This document shows positions 49,399 through 57,440 of a stretch of 61,459 bases of DNA, piece after piece; position 1 is the first letter of the stretch; every line of letters starts with the position of its first letter. The DNA lies in the IMG/VR virus record IMGVR_UViG_3300012352_000420, positions 1 to 61,459 of that record; one strand, given 5' to 3'. The DNA comes from a virus (taxonomy: Duplodnaviria; Caudoviricetes). The position numbers and the translations under genes are program-made. Under the pieces are notes generated by a model, which worked only from the letters and a program-made list of their open reading frames with translations, was not told the origin of the DNA and searched no databases.

Positions 49399-49532
49399 AT
49401 GAGTTTGAGTTATATAAGCAGGCATTTAAGAACAACTTGATTAAAGAGATTCAAGAACTAGAGATTCCATATGAGTGGAGCTCTAAAGATATTATTAGAT
49501 TTATTATTAAAAAGATTGAAAATGGTAACTAA
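49395..49532 (+). CDS. Hypothetical protein, 45 aa (not in ORF track)
   Basis: GTGA overlap; MNEFELYKQAFKNNLIKEIQELEIPYEW... Confidence 0.55.
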   Translation: MNEFELYKQAFKNNLIKEIQELEIPYEWSSKDIIRFIIKKIENGN

Positions 49533-49534
49533 TA

Positions 49535-49651
49535 TTGGTTGATAAGTGCGACATTCAAGGGTGTCAAAATGAAGCTGAAAGAATAACAACTTCAGAGACT
49601 AAATACATCTACATATGCGTTAGTTGTTATAATAAAAAGTATAAGGTTTGA
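49535..49651 (+). CDS. Small four-Cys protein, 38 aa (TTG start; not in ORF track)
   Basis: MVDKCDIQGCQNEAERITTSETKYIYICVSCYNKKYKV; ends 1 nt before the radical SAM gene. Confidence 0.5.
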   Translation: MVDKCDIQGCQNEAERITTSETKYIYICVSCYNKKYKV

Positions 49652-49652
49652 T

Positions 49653-50642
49653 ATGATAAAGGCAGTTCAGATAGATGTTAATGGTCTATGTAACGCTGGA
49701 TGCTGGTTTTGCCCAGTCTCTTATGAAGGAAATCCAGCCTCTGCTAGAAGAGATATGACAATACAAGAGCTTGAGTCTATATTAATACAGCTCTCTGAAG
49801 GCATGGGAGACTTTGTTGATCCAGAGCTTAGAGTAATATATACAGCTAACTACAATGAAGTACTACTATACAAGCACTTTGAAGAAATGCTGGGCGTGTA
49901 TAGAAAGCATGGATTCAAGATCAATATCCTGACAAATGGAGTGGCCTTAACAAAATCTAAAGTAGATTTAATAAAACAAAACGTAGACATAATAAACGGA
50001 ATGCTTCTTAACATCCCTTCTGGCGATAAAGCAAGATGGTCTAAGTATGTCAATATGAATGAAAAGTTATTTGATAAGGTAGTCTCAAATACAAGATACG
50101 CTATCGAGTCCATTCCAGAGCTAATTGAAAGAGACGCATTTCATCTTATGATCAATGGACTAAATGAGAAGTCCTTGGTCGAAAATGGAGGATGGCTTGA
50201 TATACTTAGCGGAGCACCAGACTTAGATCTAAATGTTGAAAGCGGAAGCCTGGCTAATGAAACAAAACTACTTACTGAATTGTTTCCAGAGCTATCTATT
50301 TTCCCTGCCTACCATCTATATGACAGGGCTGGTCATCTAGAAGACTTTAATATTATAGGTCAGTCTAATGCCATATCTAAATACTTAAAAGCGGGAAACT
50401 CTAAGGTGATAGGATGTAATGGCGGGATAGGCTTTAGAAGTAGAACAGAAGAGTGGATCCATGTAAACCCAAATGGTGATCTATTTATATGTTGTGCAGA
50501 TTTTGATTTTAAAACCGTATTCGGTAACGTTTTTTCAGAAAGTTTGAAGGATATTTGGTACGGACAAAAGAGACAAGATGCGATATCTGAGTCTTACTCC
50601 AACATGTGCACAAAATGTTCAGCTGCTATATGGGGTAATTAA
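49653..50642 (+). CDS. Radical SAM enzyme with SPASM/twitch domain
   Basis: CNAGCWFC, ILTNG, C-terminal C...IHVNPNGDLFICC...FGNV...LKDIW...CTKC. Confidence 0.9.
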   Translation: MIKAVQIDVNGLCNAGCWFCPVSYEGNPASARRDMTIQELESILIQLSEGMGDFVDPELRVIYTANYNEVLLYKHFEEMLGVYRKHGFKINILTNGVALTKSKVDLIKQNVDIINGMLLNIPSGDKARWSKYVNMNEKLFDKVVSNTRYAIESIPELIERDAFHLMINGLNEKSLVENGGWLDILSGAPDLDLNVESGSLANETKLLTELFPELSIFPAYHLYDRAGHLEDFNIIGQSNAISKYLKAGNSKVIGCNGGIGFRSRTEEWIHVNPNGDLFICCADFDFKTVFGNVFSESLKDIWYGQKRQDAISESYSNMCTKCSAAIWGN

Positions 50643-50720
50643 ATGTGTTGGATATGTGGCTGTGCTGATCATGTAGGGCCAGGTAATGAAAAAGAGGATA
50701 AAGATGAAGAACGAAACTAA
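50643..50720 (+). CDS. 25-aa MCxxCGC peptide (not in ORF track)
   Basis: MCWICGCADHVGPGNEKEDKDEERN; ATG directly abuts the radical SAM stop codon. Confidence 0.6.
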   Translation: MCWICGCADHVGPGNEKEDKDEERN

Positions 50721-51762
50721 TCTAATACATTTAGGTAGACCAAATCCTGGACCAGATGTAGGAATGAATAGCTCAGTATCATTAAACTCAACACTGCATG
50801 CTGGCGGAGACATAGGGTATGCAAGATACGGCAATCAGTCATGCTTGGATTTAGAGAATACTATTGCATCTTTAGAGCATGGAAAGACATTAGCTTTTTC
50901 ATCTGGCATGTCTGCATTTAATGCAATAGCTTCAAATATACCCCATGGGTCTATCATCGTAGCATCAGATCAAGGTTATGCTGGAATTACAGAGACACTT
51001 AGAAGAATGCATCAAGATGGAAAGATCGTACTTAGATTTGTGGATATAGCAAACGCAGCAGAAGTTTTGCACAACATGAATGATGCGTTCATGGTTTGGA
51101 TTGAAACTCCAACTAATCCATTATTAAAAATTGCTGACTTAAAGAAAATAATTAGATCTGCTAAAGAGACAAATGTTTTAGTCGGAGTCGACAATACATT
51201 TGCGACACCATTAAGGCAGGTTCCACTAGATATGGGTGCAGATATATCGTTAAACTCAGTAACAAAATATATGGCTGGGCATTCAGATGTATTAGCAGGA
51301 TCGATATCAACTAATAGCAAACTAATCTTTGATAAAATAGAATTTACCAGAAAAATATCTGGCACAATTATTCAGCCATTTGAAGCTTACCTAGCCTTAC
51401 GTGGCATGAGAACATTTAGCTTAAGATTTGAAAAGGCTGAGAAGAATGCCAAGGCTTTGGTTGATCTTTTATCCAGCAATGAGCATATTAAAAAGGTATA
51501 TTACCCAGGATTTAGCGGAGTCATATCTTTTGATATCCATGGCACTCCAGAGGATGCCGATGTCATATGCAATTCTGCTAGATTAATTGCAAATACCACC
51601 AGCCTAGGAGCTGTAGAATCAACATGGGAAAGAAGAAGGCGGTGGCAGCTAGAAAGCCATACTGTCCCAGAGACATTAATTAGGCTTTCAGTAGGATGTG
51701 AAGATATAGAAGATCTATGGGTAGATATTAAAAATGCCCTGGAATACGTAAAAATGATATAA
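50704..51762 (+). CDS. Cys/Met metabolism PLP enzyme (cystathionine gamma-synthase/lyase)
   Basis: YARYGN, FSSGMSA, ETPTNP, VDNTFATP, SVTKYMAGHSD, SLG, RLSVGCED; SD GAGGA before 50704. Confidence 0.92.
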   Translation: MKNETNLIHLGRPNPGPDVGMNSSVSLNSTLHAGGDIGYARYGNQSCLDLENTIASLEHGKTLAFSSGMSAFNAIASNIPHGSIIVASDQGYAGITETLRRMHQDGKIVLRFVDIANAAEVLHNMNDAFMVWIETPTNPLLKIADLKKIIRSAKETNVLVGVDNTFATPLRQVPLDMGADISLNSVTKYMAGHSDVLAGSISTNSKLIFDKIEFTRKISGTIIQPFEAYLALRGMRTFSLRFEKAEKNAKALVDLLSSNEHIKKVYYPGFSGVISFDIHGTPEDADVICNSARLIANTTSLGAVESTWERRRRWQLESHTVPETLIRLSVGCEDIEDLWVDIKNALEYVKMI

Positions 51763-51794
51763 TATATTGATAAGCGGATTACTAGTCCCGCTTA
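51755..51794 (+). promoter_or_regulatory. Extended -10 promoter plus leader hairpin
   Basis: TGATATAAT (TATAAT at 51758-51763); TAAGCGG...CCGCTTA at 51771-51794. Confidence 0.55.
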
Positions 51795-51819
51795 AATAAA
51801 AACCTATAGGAGAAATAAA

Positions 51820-51933
51820 ATGACAACAAACAACGTTCCACCAGTGAATTACACAGAGGCTCCAAAGCCAGCATTCCCTGCAACAGACAAGTCATCACAA
51901 GACAGCTCAGGTCTTGGTAACGGCGGTAAGTAA
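51820..51933 (+). CDS. 37-aa peptide (not in ORF track)
   Basis: Strong SD AGGAGA; MTTNNVPPVNYTEAPKPAFPATDKSSQDSSGLGNGGK. Confidence 0.7.
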   Translation: MTTNNVPPVNYTEAPKPAFPATDKSSQDSSGLGNGGK

Positions 51934-51935
51934 TA

Positions 51936-52100
51936 ATGTGCACAATGTGTGGATGTGGCAAAGAAGCCTTTATGGGCGAAGAAATGCCAAATCAAAATGT
52001 ATATGATGTAGGTCCAGGACTATTAGATTCACCATCAATGTTCGGGACAGATTCCATGAACAACCTTGGAGTCTCAAGAACAGAAATGGACATGAATTAA
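51936..52100 (+). CDS. 54-aa MCxxCGC peptide (not in ORF track)
   Basis: MCTMCGCGKEAFMGEEMPNQNVYDVGPGLLDSPSMFGTDSMNNLGVSRTEMDMN; coupled to both neighbours. Confidence 0.7.
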   Translation: MCTMCGCGKEAFMGEEMPNQNVYDVGPGLLDSPSMFGTDSMNNLGVSRTEMDMN

Positions 52101-52315
52101 TGTCAGAAAATGGAACTGGAATGGCAAGTCCAGGAAATGGCGAAGCCTCAGGTGCCTTAACTTCAAGAGAAGCAACAACAAAGTCACCATCACAAGGTAA
52201 GTTTAGATCAGGATTTGCAGGACCAAAGCCAGCTATTAAGGTGGATACCAATAAGCATGGTATTCGTAGAGAAGTTAATCTAAATCCACCTAAGAAGACA
52301 GGCAAGAAAAAGTAA
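52100..52315 (+). CDS. Small basic disordered protein
   Basis: Gly/Pro/Lys-rich 71 aa; TAATG overlap. Confidence 0.65.
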   Translation: MSENGTGMASPGNGEASGALTSREATTKSPSQGKFRSGFAGPKPAIKVDTNKHGIRREVNLNPPKKTGKKK

Positions 52316-52328
52316 TTCAAGTAGTAAT

Positions 52329-52352
52329 CAAATAGCCCGCAAGGGCTATTTG
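52329..52352 (+). terminator. Intrinsic terminator
   Basis: CAAATAGCCC-GCAA-GGGCTATTTG. Confidence 0.8.
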
Positions 52353-52365
52353 TATTTATAGAGTA

Positions 52366-52400
52366 TTGACTAACCAGCATTAAAATTATATAATAGATAC
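52366..52400 (+). promoter_or_regulatory. Promoter TTGACT-17-TATAAT, leaderless
   Basis: -10 at 52389-52394, 6 nt before ATG 52401. Confidence 0.8.
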
Positions 52401-53159
52401 ATGATTATTCAAATTATCGGTTTACCAGGTTCTGGAAAGACAGCATTAGCTAAAAGGTTAGCTGATAGAATTAATGCAATCCATCTTAATGGTGATGAGA
52501 CTAGGGCTACTGTTAACTCAGACTTAGGATTTAGTATTGAAAGTAGAATTGAGCAAGCACGTAGGTTAGGTGAGCTTGCAAGACTTATTAATAAGCAGGG
52601 TCATCATGTAGTAGTTGATTTTGTATGCCCAACAAAGGTCACACGTAACTCATTTGGCAGCCCAGATGTATTAATCTTTATGGATACAATTGAGTCTGGT
52701 AGATTTAAAGATACAAACGATATGTTCGAAAAGCCAGAAAGTGCAGACGAGGTATTTGTAAATCATGGATTAGATCCAGATGAGAAAGCAAAATATATAA
52801 TTAAACAGTTTAATCTGCATGATTGGTATGAGCCAACTACTCTCATGCTTGGCAGATATCAGCCATGGCATGCTGGACACCATGCATTATATGATGAGGC
52901 TGGCAAGCGAACAGAGCAGGTAGTTCTTGGAGTTAGAAGTACATACAATACTTCGCCAAAGGACCCTCTTACATTTGAGCAGGTCAAGGTATTTATTGAT
53001 CAGGATGAGCATATGAAGAATGCTATGGTCGTTAAGATGCCTAATATTACCAATATTGTATATGGTCGTGATGTAGGGTATAAGATTGAGCAGGTTAAGT
53101 TAGGGGATGAGATTGAAGCTATTAGCGCTACTCAAAAGCGTAAAGAGATGGGCCTCTAG
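52401..53159 (+). CDS. cysC: Adenylylsulfate kinase fused to an HxGH nucleotidyltransferase domain
   Basis: GLPGSGKT, LNGD..R...DLGFS...R, FEKP; C-domain LGRYQPWHAGH...ISAT. Confidence 0.8.
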   Translation: MIIQIIGLPGSGKTALAKRLADRINAIHLNGDETRATVNSDLGFSIESRIEQARRLGELARLINKQGHHVVVDFVCPTKVTRNSFGSPDVLIFMDTIESGRFKDTNDMFEKPESADEVFVNHGLDPDEKAKYIIKQFNLHDWYEPTTLMLGRYQPWHAGHHALYDEAGKRTEQVVLGVRSTYNTSPKDPLTFEQVKVFIDQDEHMKNAMVVKMPNITNIVYGRDVGYKIEQVKLGDEIEAISATQKRKEMGL

Positions 53160-53218
53160 TTTTTTTCTAGAGAATAACCTCGGAGATGTCGAAGAAAGAT
53201 TCTACTTTGGAGATAAAA

Positions 53219-53422
53219 ATGAAAGTAACAAAGGCTAGGTCCTTTGCCAAGGCTTTAAGTTATCGAATTTGGGGAACCCTATCTTCATTCATAGTGGCAT
53301 ATATTCTAACTGAAGATGCCACATTATCTGGAGCAATAGCATTCTGGGAAACAGTAGTTAAGATATTTATTTACTATGCACATGAGCGTGGATGGAATTA
53401 TATTCAGTGGGGAAGAAAATGA
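53219..53422 (+). CDS. DUF2061-like small membrane protein
   Basis: RSFAKALSYRIWGT...YYAHERGWNYIQWG. Confidence 0.85.
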   Translation: MKVTKARSFAKALSYRIWGTLSSFIVAYILTEDATLSGAIAFWETVVKIFIYYAHERGWNYIQWGRK

Positions 53423-54108
53423 CAATTAATGTATTAGACAAAGGTTATGTTAGATTAGTTGATGTAATGGGAGATGACCTATCAATCGTCAATGCTGCTC
53501 GTGTTTCATATGATAAAGAGTCTTATGAGTTTACAGAAAAAGACAAGGGGCTGCTAAGGTTTTTATGGAAAGAAGATCATACCTCACCATTTAGACATGC
53601 CTCAGTATCATTTGAGATTTATGCCCCTCTATTTGTTGCAAGACAGTGGTGGAAGTATGCTGTAGCATCAACTCATATCGATGATCAGAATGGCTGGAAT
53701 GAGTCCTCTAGACGCTATATAACAGAGGATGAGGAGTTCTACATACCAAAGGGCTCAGAATGGCGTTCAAAGCCTGAGAACTCAAAGCAGGGCTCAGGAG
53801 AGCCATTAGATGATTCTGTAGGCGGTTGGTTTACTAATAAACTATTTGATGTTGCAGAACAAGGGAATAATCTTTACAAGGAAGCACTAGAGGCTGGAAT
53901 TGCACCAGAGCAGGCACGTCTATTCTTGCCAGCGTACGGAATGTATGTTAGATGGAGATGGACTACAAGCCTTCATGGACTAATGCATTTCCTTAATCAA
54001 AGATTAAAGGGGGATGCCCAGTCTGAGATTAGAGACTATGCAGAAGCAGTCAAGCAATTAACTGAAGATAAGTTTTCAGAGACATTTAAGGTTGTATTCA
54101 ATGACTGA
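53419..54108 (+). CDS. thyX: Flavin-dependent thymidylate synthase
   Basis: AARVSY, HTSPF, ARQW, NESSRRY, EQARLFLP, AQSEIR. Confidence 0.93.
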   Translation: MTINVLDKGYVRLVDVMGDDLSIVNAARVSYDKESYEFTEKDKGLLRFLWKEDHTSPFRHASVSFEIYAPLFVARQWWKYAVASTHIDDQNGWNESSRRYITEDEEFYIPKGSEWRSKPENSKQGSGEPLDDSVGGWFTNKLFDVAEQGNNLYKEALEAGIAPEQARLFLPAYGMYVRWRWTTSLHGLMHFLNQRLKGDAQSEIRDYAEAVKQLTEDKFSETFKVVFND

Positions 54109-54205
54109 TATACCAGCCAAGCAATGTTTTTGCGGAAGATCAGCATCGTATCCATACTGCGATGGAACACATAGAACAAAAAAGGAAGAGGCTAAAGAGG
54201 AATGA
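54101..54205 (+). CDS. Minimal CDGSH [2Fe-2S] protein, 34 aa (not in ORF track)
   Basis: CFCGRSASYPYCDGTH matches C-x-C-x2-S-x3-P-x-C-D-G-(S/T)-H exactly. Confidence 0.85.
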   Translation: MTDIPAKQCFCGRSASYPYCDGTHRTKKEEAKEE

Positions 54206-54324
54206 AAAAGGTAACTGGATTAGTATTAATAATCTCATTGGCTCTTGCAGCCTTTGCGTTCACCCTAGTATCTATCTCAAAGAATCTAGAACTGGACTTT
54301 GAAATGGATGACTTTGATGAATGA
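54202..54324 (+). CDS. Small single-TM protein, 40 aa (not in ORF track)
   Basis: MKKVTGLVLIISLALAAFAFTLVSIS...; ATGA overlap. Confidence 0.6.
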   Translation: MKKVTGLVLIISLALAAFAFTLVSISKNLELDFEMDDFDE

Positions 54325-54484
54325 TAAGATATCAGCTATACTAGATTTAATTAAAAGAAATACAATTTGTAAGGCTAGAGGACACAATTTAGCTTATGCA
54401 GGAAGTTGTCCATACACAGGAGCAACTTATGATTATTGTGAAACATGTCACCACATGGTTCCACGAGAGGAAGTTTATGATTAA
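54317..54484 (+). CDS. Small Cys/His protein
   Basis: CKARGH...CPYTG...CETC. Confidence 0.65.
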   Translation: MNDKISAILDLIKRNTICKARGHNLAYAGSCPYTGATYDYCETCHHMVPREEVYD

Positions 54485-54776
54485 GCCATCAGGAGGTCTA
54501 GTTTTAATTAAGCAGGAAGAGGTCACAGATACTACAACAAAGTCTGGATTAGTTTTAGCTGCATCATTTAATAGCCAAGGCCCTAAGAAGGGCAAGGTTA
54601 TTGATTTAGGTACAGGGGAGCCAAACGCATTGAATGGTGAGATCATTCATATCCCAGACTTTAAGGTAGATGACACAGTTATTTATCCAGATCATTCTGG
54701 ACACGAAGTAGAAGATGAAGACGGCACAAAGTACCTATTGGTACACTACAAGCATATCCTTGGAAAGGTTATTTAA
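54477..54776 (+). CDS. groES: Co-chaperonin GroES
   Basis: MIKP..GLVLIK...TTKSGLVL...GKVIDLGTG...KVDDTVIY...ILG; SD GAGG before 54477. Confidence 0.85.
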   Translation: MIKPSGGLVLIKQEEVTDTTTKSGLVLAASFNSQGPKKGKVIDLGTGEPNALNGEIIHIPDFKVDDTVIYPDHSGHEVEDEDGTKYLLVHYKHILGKVI

Positions 54777-54943
54777 TGATACACCAAAGACTTAGCTGGA
54801 TGAAGCTAGATGAAGATTTTCTAGAGTACCTAGATGAAGAGGGTTATACAAAAGTAAACTTTGATGTAATCTATGTAGAGTACGATTACTGGACCAAGAG
54901 CGTATCAACATTCTGGTCAAGACTATTTACGCCTAGAGGTTAA
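54776..54943 (+). CDS. Hypothetical protein, 55 aa (not in ORF track)
   Basis: TAATG overlap with groES; fills the gap. Confidence 0.55.
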   Translation: MIHQRLSWMKLDEDFLEYLDEEGYTKVNFDVIYVEYDYWTKSVSTFWSRLFTPRG

Positions 54944-54949
54944 TTCCCT

Positions 54950-55531
54950 ATGAAAATATTTGGGGTTAGCCTAGGTAGAAATGGAACACAGTCTCTTAGC
55001 AAATTTTTAAGAGATCAGGGTTTTAGTGTAACTCATTTTTATGACTATCAGATACTAAAGCTCGGTGAGTTTGAAGAGAGCTTGGACGGCATTTTAAAGC
55101 ATTTTCATGCTATACCAGATACAGACGCATATATAGATATACCAACCTGCTTTGTATTTGATGTAATGTACGATACGTTCCCAGATGCTAAGTTTATTAA
55201 TATAGTAAGACCAATAGACGACTGGCTTGCATCTATGGAAAAGATTAATCGTATGCATGCTCATGAAGGAGAACCGTACGCATTTGAAGAGACATACTGT
55301 AATTTCTATGAAAATACTGGAAAGAAAAAGATCCAGGATTTAACTAAGGATGAGCTTAGGTTTATTGGCATGTACCACCTTACCAAGGTTCGTGACTTCT
55401 TTAAGGATAAAGATAACTACTTAGAAGTCTCCCTTCATGATCCAGAAATTGCTATTAAGATTAAAGAGTTTGTTGGAGGAACTTTAGATATAGAGTTCCC
55501 ATGGGAAGATAAGATTGGCGCTATAGAATGA
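54950..55531 (+). CDS. Sulfotransferase-family protein
   Basis: KIFGVSLGRNGTQSL (5'-PSB-like loop), DIP, FPDAKFINIVRPIDDWLASM, EFPW. Confidence 0.75.
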   Translation: MKIFGVSLGRNGTQSLSKFLRDQGFSVTHFYDYQILKLGEFEESLDGILKHFHAIPDTDAYIDIPTCFVFDVMYDTFPDAKFINIVRPIDDWLASMEKINRMHAHEGEPYAFEETYCNFYENTGKKKIQDLTKDELRFIGMYHLTKVRDFFKDKDNYLEVSLHDPEIAIKIKEFVGGTLDIEFPWEDKIGAIE

Positions 55532-55827
55532 ATGGTAAGATCGAATGGCCAGAAGATCAATTAGACTATTCAGATCATTACACAATCAAAGTAACTAAAG
55601 TTAACTACGGTGGGTTCTTTAACCACTGGGAGGCTGAGTTGTCATTTGCAGAAGATGGCAAGTATTGTGAAGCTACCGCTCCAACTATGGGCGGGGCTAT
55701 TGACGAAGTTATGGATTACCTGTATGATACAGTCTATGAGTGGACACAAGCTGACGCTAACAACCCTGGATATAATGCAGATACATCAAGCAATTTCAAC
55801 GACAGCATTAGAAAACAATTGGGATAA
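55528..55827 (+). CDS. Hypothetical protein
   Basis: ORF track; ATGA overlap. Confidence 0.65.
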   Translation: MNGKIEWPEDQLDYSDHYTIKVTKVNYGGFFNHWEAELSFAEDGKYCEATAPTMGGAIDEVMDYLYDTVYEWTQADANNPGYNADTSSNFNDSIRKQLG

Positions 55828-56584
55828 AGAAAAGCAGCAGGAAGTATTTAACCAAACGGTAGCAGAGCTGATCAAATCACAGGTTAAAGTAAATAAGAAG
55901 AAAAGGCATAAACAATGACAGCAGCATTATTAGTTACATTCCTCGGATTAGTATTTATATTCTGGATGGAGAAGAATAAGTGAGCGAAGCTAAGATAATG
56001 CGTATGGACTGGCGCTCATTAGGCTATTGGCCTGTATATAAGGATGGCAGACTAGAATGGGAAAAGGAAAAAGATGAGTCAATACAGAATCAATATTCAT
56101 AACTCCCGAAATTACAGTGGTTATTTCTGGGATGTAGAAAGTTATCGCCAACCTAATAAAAAGAAAGAGGGATATTGGTCAAGCGTTGATGGGGGATATG
56201 CATTTACTTATTGGGGTGCAAAGCTAGCAGCCAAAAAAGCAGCAAAAAGGTACCTATCATTTCAACCATTTGAGAAAATTGAGGACTTTAAATGACCCAC
56301 GATGAATTGCTAGACAAGATTGGTCATTGGAATTGGGTAGAGCCTGAGCCATTGATTAAGGCCATTCGTGCAGTAGTGGAGTATACTAGGCCTAATGATT
56401 GGGACTTCAACGATGAAAAATACAGCAAGATGGAGATATTTAAGATTATTGAAAGAGAGCTAAGATGAGCGAAGAGCAGTTTGATAGAGAGTTTGATCTT
56501 GAAAGATATAAAGAACTAAAGAATATTGTGGCGGAGCTAGGTAAGCAAGATAAGGAACTATTAGAAAGACTGGCAAATGATTGA
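55775..56584 (+). other. Run of small overlapping hypothetical ORFs (55775-55918, 55915-55983, 55980-56102, 56074-56295, 56292-56468, 56465-56584)
   Basis: Head-to-tail overlaps, mostly ATGA/GTGA, typical of phage gene packing. Confidence 0.55.
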
Positions 56585-56855
56585 TTGGTTAGTTAATAAG
56601 CTGTTTTGGTATACCCCTTTAAGGAAGGCTATCTTTGATGAGGTACACCTATACGATATGATCGAAGAGCGGTTAAAAGATACTACACCTGGATCAGGAT
56701 ACTGGAATGATGGAGATGGCTGGCGTTCATGGACATACAGTAAAGAGCGTAACAAGTATTACTTTAATGATATCCCAGAAGATAGTCTAGGAGATGCAAT
56801 TAGATATACATTAGAGTCTAAAGGACCTGAATTCGATTTAGATGAAGTATGGTAA
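56577..56855 (+). CDS. Hypothetical protein
   Basis: ORF track; Trp-rich. Confidence 0.65.
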   Translation: MIDWLVNKLFWYTPLRKAIFDEVHLYDMIEERLKDTTPGSGYWNDGDGWRSWTYSKERNKYYFNDIPEDSLGDAIRYTLESKGPEFDLDEVW

Positions 56856-56961
56856 TTCTAGTCAACTGTAATATATAGTACTAATTAGATCGCAATTAGT
56901 GAAGCGAAAAGTGCGACGGTAGAGACCCCATCGCCAGTACCTGGCATGATATACTTATCTT

Positions 56962-57072
56962 ATGAAAGCATGGGATGATGGCAATTGCCAGATAGAGCCT
57001 ATTAAGAGCATAGATGATGCCATGGATCCCGAGGCGGGATCCATAATGGCAGTAGCATTTGGCTCACACTAA
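56962..57072 (+). CDS. 36-aa leaderless peptide (not in ORF track)
   Basis: TGATATACT 6 nt before ATG; MKAWDDGNCQIEPIKSIDDAMDPEAGSIMAVAFGSH. Confidence 0.5.
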   Translation: MKAWDDGNCQIEPIKSIDDAMDPEAGSIMAVAFGSH

Positions 57073-57083
57073 GGAGATAGAAT

Positions 57084-57173
57084 ATGGGATTTTTAGATAA
57101 TTTAGAAGCTTACCTTGATTTAGATATAACTAATATCGATATGCAAGAAGATATCGATAAAGAGCTGGATTAA
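57084..57173 (+). CDS. 29-aa acidic peptide (not in ORF track)
   Basis: SD AAGGAG; MGFLDNLEAYLDLD... Confidence 0.55.
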   Translation: MGFLDNLEAYLDLDITNIDMQEDIDKELD

Positions 57174-57185
57174 AGGCGGGAACCA

Positions 57186-57440
57186 ATGGCATATAGCCGA
57201 TTCACCAATAGCGATATATACATATACCCAAGTGTACTAGGAGATATCGTATGTTCAGGATGCTTACTTGGAACTAAATCTATCAATATAGAATCAGATG
57301 TTCAACTTCTTGCTCATATACAAGATCATAGAGATGCAGGACATAATATTCCAGATGACCTTGAACAAGAGATATTGATGGATGAAGATCGATATCGAGA
57401 CTTGCAAGATACACGCTCTCTCGAATTTGATCAAGAGTAA
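57186..57440 (+). CDS. Hypothetical protein
   Basis: MAYSRF..SDIYIY...CSGC...H..DH...GH. Confidence 0.7.
   Translation: MAYSRFTNSDIYIYPSVLGDIVCSGCLLGTKSINIESDVQLLAHIQDHRDAGHNIPDDLEQEILMDEDRYRDLQDTRSLEFDQE

Noticed and set aside
51970-52380. 136-aa minus-strand ORF
   Set aside because: Antisense to coupled plus-strand peptides with promoter, SD and terminator.
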